A stretch of 64,000 nt of DNA. It comes from an uncultured Prevotella sp. (GTDB lineage Bacteria; Bacteroidota; Bacteroidia; Bacteroidales; Bacteroidaceae). The translations under genes and the position numbers were made by a program. The notes under the pieces are model-generated. The model searched no databases and was not told where the DNA came from. It saw only the letters and a program-made list of their open reading frames with translations. This document shows positions 58,825 through 64,000 of the stretch, in pieces; the first letter of the stretch is position 1, and each line of letters opens with the position of its first letter. The stretch spans positions 2,662 through 66,661 of the forward strand of contig CAMJFM010000007.1 in NCBI GenBank assembly GCA_946404925.1, read 5' to 3'.

Positions 58825-61800
58825 TTAAAGATTGAATCTTACACCAAGATTAATACGCTTGAATGTTGGGTAAGCACCGTTACTAGCAGTATGGTTACCA
58901 CCAAAGTTAGACTCACGGTCATCAGGCATGCGAGTCCAGAGCCAGAGGTTGTTACCACTGAGGAATACCTTCAAGTTCTTCAAGCCCATCTTCTGAATCC
59001 AAGGCTGTGTGAAAGTATAGGCTACCTCAACGTTCTTCAGACGGATATATGAACCATCACAAAGATACTGAGTACCATAATACATGCCATTGTTACCGAT
59101 TGGTGTATTGAAACGAGGAGTAACGATGTCGGCATTCTTCTGATCAACGCTCCACCATGTACCCTGATCATATACGTTTGCCAGCATCACGTCAGCAAAG
59201 CTGATCATAGTTACGTCACGAGTTACGTTTGTAACACCGTAGAACTGAGCGAAGCAACTGAAGCCCTTCCATTCGAATCCGATGGTTGTGTTGTAAGTGT
59301 TCTGTGGGAAACCAGAGTATCCATAAGGAACCTGGTCGTTTACATTATCCACTACACCATCACCATTGAAGTCTACGATATAATAGTCACCAGGCAACTT
59401 CAGGTTGTCGTTAGAATCATGCTTTGGTGAACCATATACAGCATCATAGTTCTGCATCATACCCTTATCCAGGAATGTACGAACCTGGTCAATAGCATAA
59501 CCAGCCTGCTTACGATAACTTGGCAGCAGAGGAGCATCGTCCTTAACCTTGATCTTATTCTCGGCATGAGTCATACTCATGTTAGCCCAGAAACGCATCT
59601 TATTGTTAAGAACCTTGTTGAAACGTACTTCAATCTCATAACCCTTAGTATTAACCTCACCAAGGTTAGCTGTTACAGGCGACTGACCGAAGTATGCTGG
59701 TACGGCACGGTCGCTACCCTGTACAAGAATGTCGGTACGCTTGTCCTTGAACACCTCGATAGATCCAGCGAACAGACCGCCAAGGATTCCGTAGTCAAGA
59801 CCTACATTGAACTTCTTAACAGTCTCCCAATGTACATTGGGGTTACCTACTGTTGACTCACGGTACCACTCATAAGGAGATGATCCCTGGTTGTAGTCAA
59901 GTGAAGAGTGACCACCATAAGCCCACTGTGTCATATAGAGGAAACGACCACCGACGTTGTCATCACCGATTTCACCATAAGATGCACGGATCTTCAACAT
60001 ATCAATGATCTTCTTCTCACGGAGAGATTTCATGAATGGCTCCTCACTGATCATCCAACCGATAGCACCTGAATTGAAGAATGCAAAGCGGTTATCCTTA
60101 GAGAACTTCTCTGATCCGTTGTAAGCACCATTATATTCTAAGAAGTACTTGCCTGCGTATCCATATGTAGCACGGAATACCCAGTCCTCACGATAGTTAG
60201 GAATTACATTACCAGTAGCAGTCTCCTGTCGTGCGAATACGCCCATCGCAGAAACGTCATGCATACCGAAGCTGCGAGCCCAGTTCAACTGTAACTGATA
60301 GTTCAGATTACGTGCAGTAGCCCAGTTATCAACGTTACCGCTCTGTGTAGACCACTTATTACCCATGGTATAGTCGAAACGGTCGTAAGCCTCGTATGCT
60401 GATTTATAGTTTACAGCACCAGTCTGAGGATCGATCCACTTATACTGAGGATCATTGTAAAGGTCATTGATACCACGACCACTCTCACGGAAGTTATTAT
60501 CCCATGCAATCATACCACGAGCGCTCAAGCCCTTAGTAATGAAGTCGAGTTTCTGCTCCAAAACGAAGTCGGTAGTGATACGTGTAGTAGTAATGTACTG
60601 TGTACCACCAAGAGCGATACTTACAGCAGCATTACTTACGTTGGTAGAACCTGGGAGATAACCCCAAGAACCATCGCTATACTTAGGAAGGAAAGCATCT
60701 GGAGAGATGTTATAAACACCAGCCCACTGCTGAGAAATCTGCCAGTCGTTATTTACAGAGTTGCTCCAAGGAGACATCTGCTTACCGCTTGATCCAGCGA
60801 TATTAACCTTCAATACAGTACTCTTTGTAATATTGAAGTCGAGGTTTGAACGAACGTTTACGCGCTTGAAGTCATAACCTGTAGGATACTGACGTCCGTT
60901 TCCGAAGTCCTTATAAAGGTCACCCTCACTTACGAAGTCAACGCTTGCAAAGTACTTTACGAAGCGTGTACCACCAGATACGTTCAGGTTTGCATTATAA
61001 GACATGGTGTAATCCTTAAACAGAGCACGCTGCCAGTCAACGTTTGGATAACGCTCCTGCTGCTCTACTGTTGTCTGGTTACGATAGTTCTCGATGAAGC
61101 TCATCGGACGAACGTATGCCCAACTTGAAGGATTGATGTTCAACTCGTGCTCTACAGCAACGTTACGAGCTACGAGAGCATCATAAGAATCGTACTTGTC
61201 TGGCAACTTTGAAGGAATCTTCATGATGGCGTTGGCAGAAACGCTGATCTGAGCCTTACCCTCAGCACCACGCTTAGTAGTAATAAGGATAACACCATTA
61301 GCACCCTTCACACCATAAACTGCAGTTGCAGAAGCATCCTTCAGTACAGAGATAGTAGCAACCGACTGGATGTCAACACTTGACATTGGACGCTCGATAC
61401 CGTCTACAAGTACCAGAGGCTCAGAGTTGTTCCATGAAGAAGCACCACGAATCTGAATCTTTGGCTCTTCCTCACCAGGCATACCCTGAGAAGCAGTAGT
61501 TACTACACCAGGCAGATTACCTGTCAGGGCAGCACCGATATCGGTGATACCAGCGGCACGCTCCAGCACTTCACCTGTAGTTTGGGTAATAGCACCCACA
61601 ACTGAGGCTTTCTTCTGCTGACCGAAACCAACGACAACAACCTCAGTAAGCTGAGTATTGTCTGACAGAACAACTTTGAAAGTGCGCTCACGGCCCACCT
61701 TCAACTCCTTAGTGTTCATTCCAACGTAGCTCACGACAATAATCGAGTTCTCCGAAGGAACTTTCAGCTGGAAATTACCGTCAAAGTCCGTTACCGCACC

Positions 61801-61974
61801 CAGACCAGCATTTCCCTTCACAACAACCGATGCGCCAATCAGAGGCTCACCTGCATTGTCCACGACTGTACCCTTCACGTTGATACCACCTCCCTGCGCC
61901 TGCGCGAAAGCAGAGCAGAAAAGCAGAAGCAAAGTGGGAACAGCGCGTTTCAAAAGACTTGTTAGCTGTTTCAT
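58825..61974 (-). CDS. susC: SusC/RagA TonB-dependent transporter
   Basis: GEPLIGASV N-terminal domain; VLKDASATAVYGVKGANGVILITTKRG; C-terminal INLGVRFNL. Confidence 0.96.
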   Translation of the reverse strand: MKQLTSLLKRAVPTLLLLFCSAFAQAQGGGINVKGTVVDNAGEPLIGASVVVKGNAGLGAVTDFDGNFQLKVPSENSIIVVSYVGMNTKELKVGRERTFKVVLSDNTQLTEVVVVGFGQQKKASVVGAITQTTGEVLERAAGITDIGAALTGNLPGVVTTASQGMPGEEEPKIQIRGASSWNNSEPLVLVDGIERPMSSVDIQSVATISVLKDASATAVYGVKGANGVILITTKRGAEGKAQISVSANAIMKIPSKLPDKYDSYDALVARNVAVEHELNINPSSWAYVRPMSFIENYRNQTTVEQQERYPNVDWQRALFKDYTMSYNANLNVSGGTRFVKYFASVDFVSEGDLYKDFGNGRQYPTGYDFKRVNVRSNLDFNITKSTVLKVNIAGSSGKQMSPWSNSVNNDWQISQQWAGVYNISPDAFLPKYSDGSWGYLPGSTNVSNAAVSIALGGTQYITTTRITTDFVLEQKLDFITKGLSARGMIAWDNNFRESGRGINDLYNDPQYKWIDPQTGAVNYKSAYEAYDRFDYTMGNKWSTQSGNVDNWATARNLNYQLQLNWARSFGMHDVSAMGVFARQETATGNVIPNYREDWVFRATYGYAGKYFLEYNGAYNGSEKFSKDNRFAFFNSGAIGWMISEEPFMKSLREKKIIDMLKIRASYGEIGDDNVGGRFLYMTQWAYGGHSSLDYNQGSSPYEWYRESTVGNPNVHWETVKKFNVGLDYGILGGLFAGSIEVFKDKRTDILVQGSDRAVPAYFGQSPVTANLGEVNTKGYEIEVRFNKVLNNKMRFWANMSMTHAENKIKVKDDAPLLPSYRKQAGYAIDQVRTFLDKGMMQNYDAVYGSPKHDSNDNLKLPGDYYIVDFNGDGVVDNVNDQVPYGYSGFPQNTYNTTIGFEWKGFSCFAQFYGVTNVTRDVTMISFADVMLANVYDQGTWWSVDQKNADIVTPRFNTPIGNNGMYYGTQYLCDGSYIRLKNVEVAYTFTQPWIQKMGLKNLKVFLSGNNLWLWTRMPDDRESNFGGNHTASNGAYPTFKRINLGVRFNL

Positions 61975-62049
61975 TTTGATTGATTTTGATACATAATTTG
62001 ACTATAGTTAATTGATAAATTTGTTGCGACTTTACATCGTTAACGGGTG

Positions 62050-62157
62050 CAAAATTAATAAAAATAGGCAAAAAAGTATCAAAAATAAGCAACACAAACT
62101 TTACAATTAGTAACAAAAATACACTAATGTTACAAATTATAAAGTTTGTGTTACAAA
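62050..62157 (-). promoter_or_regulatory. xus operon promoter with upstream activator sites
   Basis: -7 box TAATTTTG (62050-62057); TGTTAC-N5-GTAAAGT (62098-62115); TGTTACAAA direct repeats with 21-bp period (62128 and 62149, plus strand). Confidence 0.7.
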
Positions 62158-62190
62158 CGCAAAGCCAACAAAACGCTTGACGTAGGTCAA

Positions 62191-64000
62191 TTATTGCAAT
62201 TTATACACTTTTGGAGACTCCTTTCCAAAAAGGAATTGCTTCTTATAACCACCCAAATCTATAACAATTTTCTCAAAAACGACACCCGGATCCTGGGGAT
62301 GGATAGTCAGAGTATGTACATCCTGAACGGCATCAATTGGCAGTTCAACTATCTGTTCAACAATCCTACTAGCCACCGTTGGGTAATATATTGAATAGAT
62401 ATTCTCTGGTTTTTCGTTCAAATCTTTGTTAAAATTAACACTAATTGGAGTCTGTCCATCAATAGACAAATCGTAGACCAATCCACCTTTGTCAAGGTAA
62501 TCAAGCGTAGATTTTGTAATCACATGTACCTTCACTGTCTTAACCTTGTCTGCTTTAAAACGATAGATAAGTTTTGCGTCATCAGTTTTTTCGGTATATG
62601 GCATCAATGCAATTCCACTGAGTGTACGACCCATAAATGGAATGACTGTCCATTTGGCTGCTGAAGCATCCTCACGACTATAGGTATGTTCTGCTTCAAT
62701 ACTGATGTAACCATTAGATGCAGAGAAAACAGGGCCGTTTTTCGGTTCAGCCACAGTAACAAGTCTGGGACACACATCAGCACGATAGTTGTCATTCCAG
62801 GTACGATAACTGATATGCTTTTGAATCATCATACCATCCCATTTACCACCCGACATCACCTTATTATAATATAAGCAAAGCAGCGAATCACGTTTAAATG
62901 CCTGACGACAACGATCTGCCCACAGATTAGCATCCGGGTCACCCACCGATGCCAGTTTATGATTCATAGCCTGAGCATAATACATATCATAAATATTTCC
63001 CATAGCCTGCACTGGGAAGAGGATGAGCTGGCGATAAGCATCCTTGTACTCTGGTTCTAGTTCCAGGAACAATCGCAATGCACGAGTTTCCAAAGCACGA
63101 TACTCATTTACTACCTGCTCGAACTCATCGCAGGTATAAACGTTAGCATTAAGCATCTCTGAGGTAATCCGACCATTATATTTGCATACGAGATTAAGAA
63201 TCGATGCAGCCTCTACTGCATTTTCCTCTCCGAAACTCTCTGAACAGAAATCACGAGTATGATCCAAAAGATTATCCACACCATATTTCGACGGGTTCCA
63301 TGCCATATCCATAAACAACTGGATAGGATACTCCATAGGTTTCAAATCACCGACATTAAGAATCCACAATTTCTGGATGCCGCCATTATAGGCCAACTGC
63401 AACTGCTCCCACATATTCTGTATGGGGGTAACATTTATCCACTTAGAGTTTCTTGGCGCTCCCACATAGTCTACATGATAGTACAATCCCCAACCACCTT
63501 TACGTTTCTTCTCTTCAGCAGTCGGTATTCTGCGTACATTACCCCAATTATCGTCACAAAGCAAGATGGTCACATCATCCGGCACACGCAACCCGGCGTC
63601 ATAATAATCCTGCACCTCTTTATAAAGAGCCCATATTTGCGGTGTTTCCTTTGCTGGGCGTTTGGTCACCTCTTTTATAATACGGCGCTGATTATTAATG
63701 ATTTCTTCAAGCAACTTAGTGTCGGTACTATTACCCATAGCCTCATCACCATCACCACGCATACCAATCGTAACAATGTCATCCGTATTCTTCATACGCT
63801 CAACACCCTCACGGAAGAAGCGATCCAGATTCTGCTTATTTACAGAATAGTTCCATGCGCCCCACTCTTTGCGATTTCTCGCATACTCCTGGTGATTGCG
63901 GGCCATCGGCTCATGATGCGAAGTACCCATCATCACCCCCATTTTGTCGGCCGTTTTTAAATTCTCGGGATCATCGGCATAGAAAGCCCACCCCCACATG
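62191..64000 (-). CDS. GH115 alpha-glucuronidase, 5' end off the window
   Basis: MWGWAFYADD, MGTSHHEPM, TIGMRGDGD, LCDDNWG, YYHVDYVGAPR and ILNVGDLKP motifs. Confidence 0.93.
   Translation of the reverse strand, partial: MWGWAFYADDPENLKTADKMGVMMGTSHHEPMARNHQEYARNRKEWGAWNYSVNKQNLDRFFREGVERMKNTDDIVTIGMRGDGDEAMGNSTDTKLLEEIINNQRRIIKEVTKRPAKETPQIWALYKEVQDYYDAGLRVPDDVTILLCDDNWGNVRRIPTAEEKKRKGGWGLYYHVDYVGAPRNSKWINVTPIQNMWEQLQLAYNGGIQKLWILNVGDLKPMEYPIQLFMDMAWNPSKYGVDNLLDHTRDFCSESFGEENAVEAASILNLVCKYNGRITSEMLNANVYTCDEFEQVVNEYRALETRALRLFLELEPEYKDAYRQLILFPVQAMGNIYDMYYAQAMNHKLASVGDPDANLWADRCRQAFKRDSLLCLYYNKVMSGGKWDGMMIQKHISYRTWNDNYRADVCPRLVTVAEPKNGPVFSASNGYISIEAEHTYSREDASAAKWTVIPFMGRTLSGIALMPYTEKTDDAKLIYRFKADKVKTVKVHVITKSTLDYLDKGGLVYDLSIDGQTPISVNFNKDLNEKPENIYSIYYPTVASRIVEQIVELPIDAVQDVHTLTIHPQDPGVVFEKIVIDLGGYKKQFLFGKESPKVYKLQ

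Noticed and set aside
53920-61974. Tandem susC-susD-susC-susD as a novelty
   Set aside because: This is the established core architecture of Bacteroidetes xylan (xus) PULs.

Overview
Bacteroidota DNA, most likely a rumen-type Prevotella/Xylanibacter. This is inferred from TAnnTTTG -7 promoters, SusC/SusD genes and a Prevotella-type T9SS C-terminal domain. From left to right the window holds: a partial GH32 fructosidase; a pdxST vitamin B6 operon headed by a ThiD-like pseudokinase/AraC fusion; an outer-membrane barrel; a GH9 gene that appears to have lost its catalytic core by in-frame deletion; a LacI regulator with palindromic sites; a TPR-SpoIIE sensor phosphatase; a succinate CoA-transferase; and a hemolysin-III protein. 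Next comes an uncharacterised seven-gene envelope operon (13.6-21.4 kb) encoding DUF4412-like, FlgT-like, LPP20-like and DUF4384 proteins, a transglutaminase-like Cys protease with a ~300-aa helical insert flanked by a 12-nt direct repeat, an output-less CHASE2-like membrane protein and a secreted partner. After it lie a CE6 esterase, two unexplained repeat elements, an orphan histidine kinase, tRNA-Leu(CAA), housekeeping genes (manC, HIT, greA with an apparent leader attenuator, PAP2/SDR pair, rnr), a starch operon (malQ-GH97-pulA) and a large convergent xylan PUL (partial GH115, tandem SusC/D, split GH10, GH43-CBM6 x2, GH31, CE1, CE15, esterase). No CRISPR array, rRNA gene or intact transposase/integrase was seen. 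All family assignments come from motif recognition by eye; no database searches were run.
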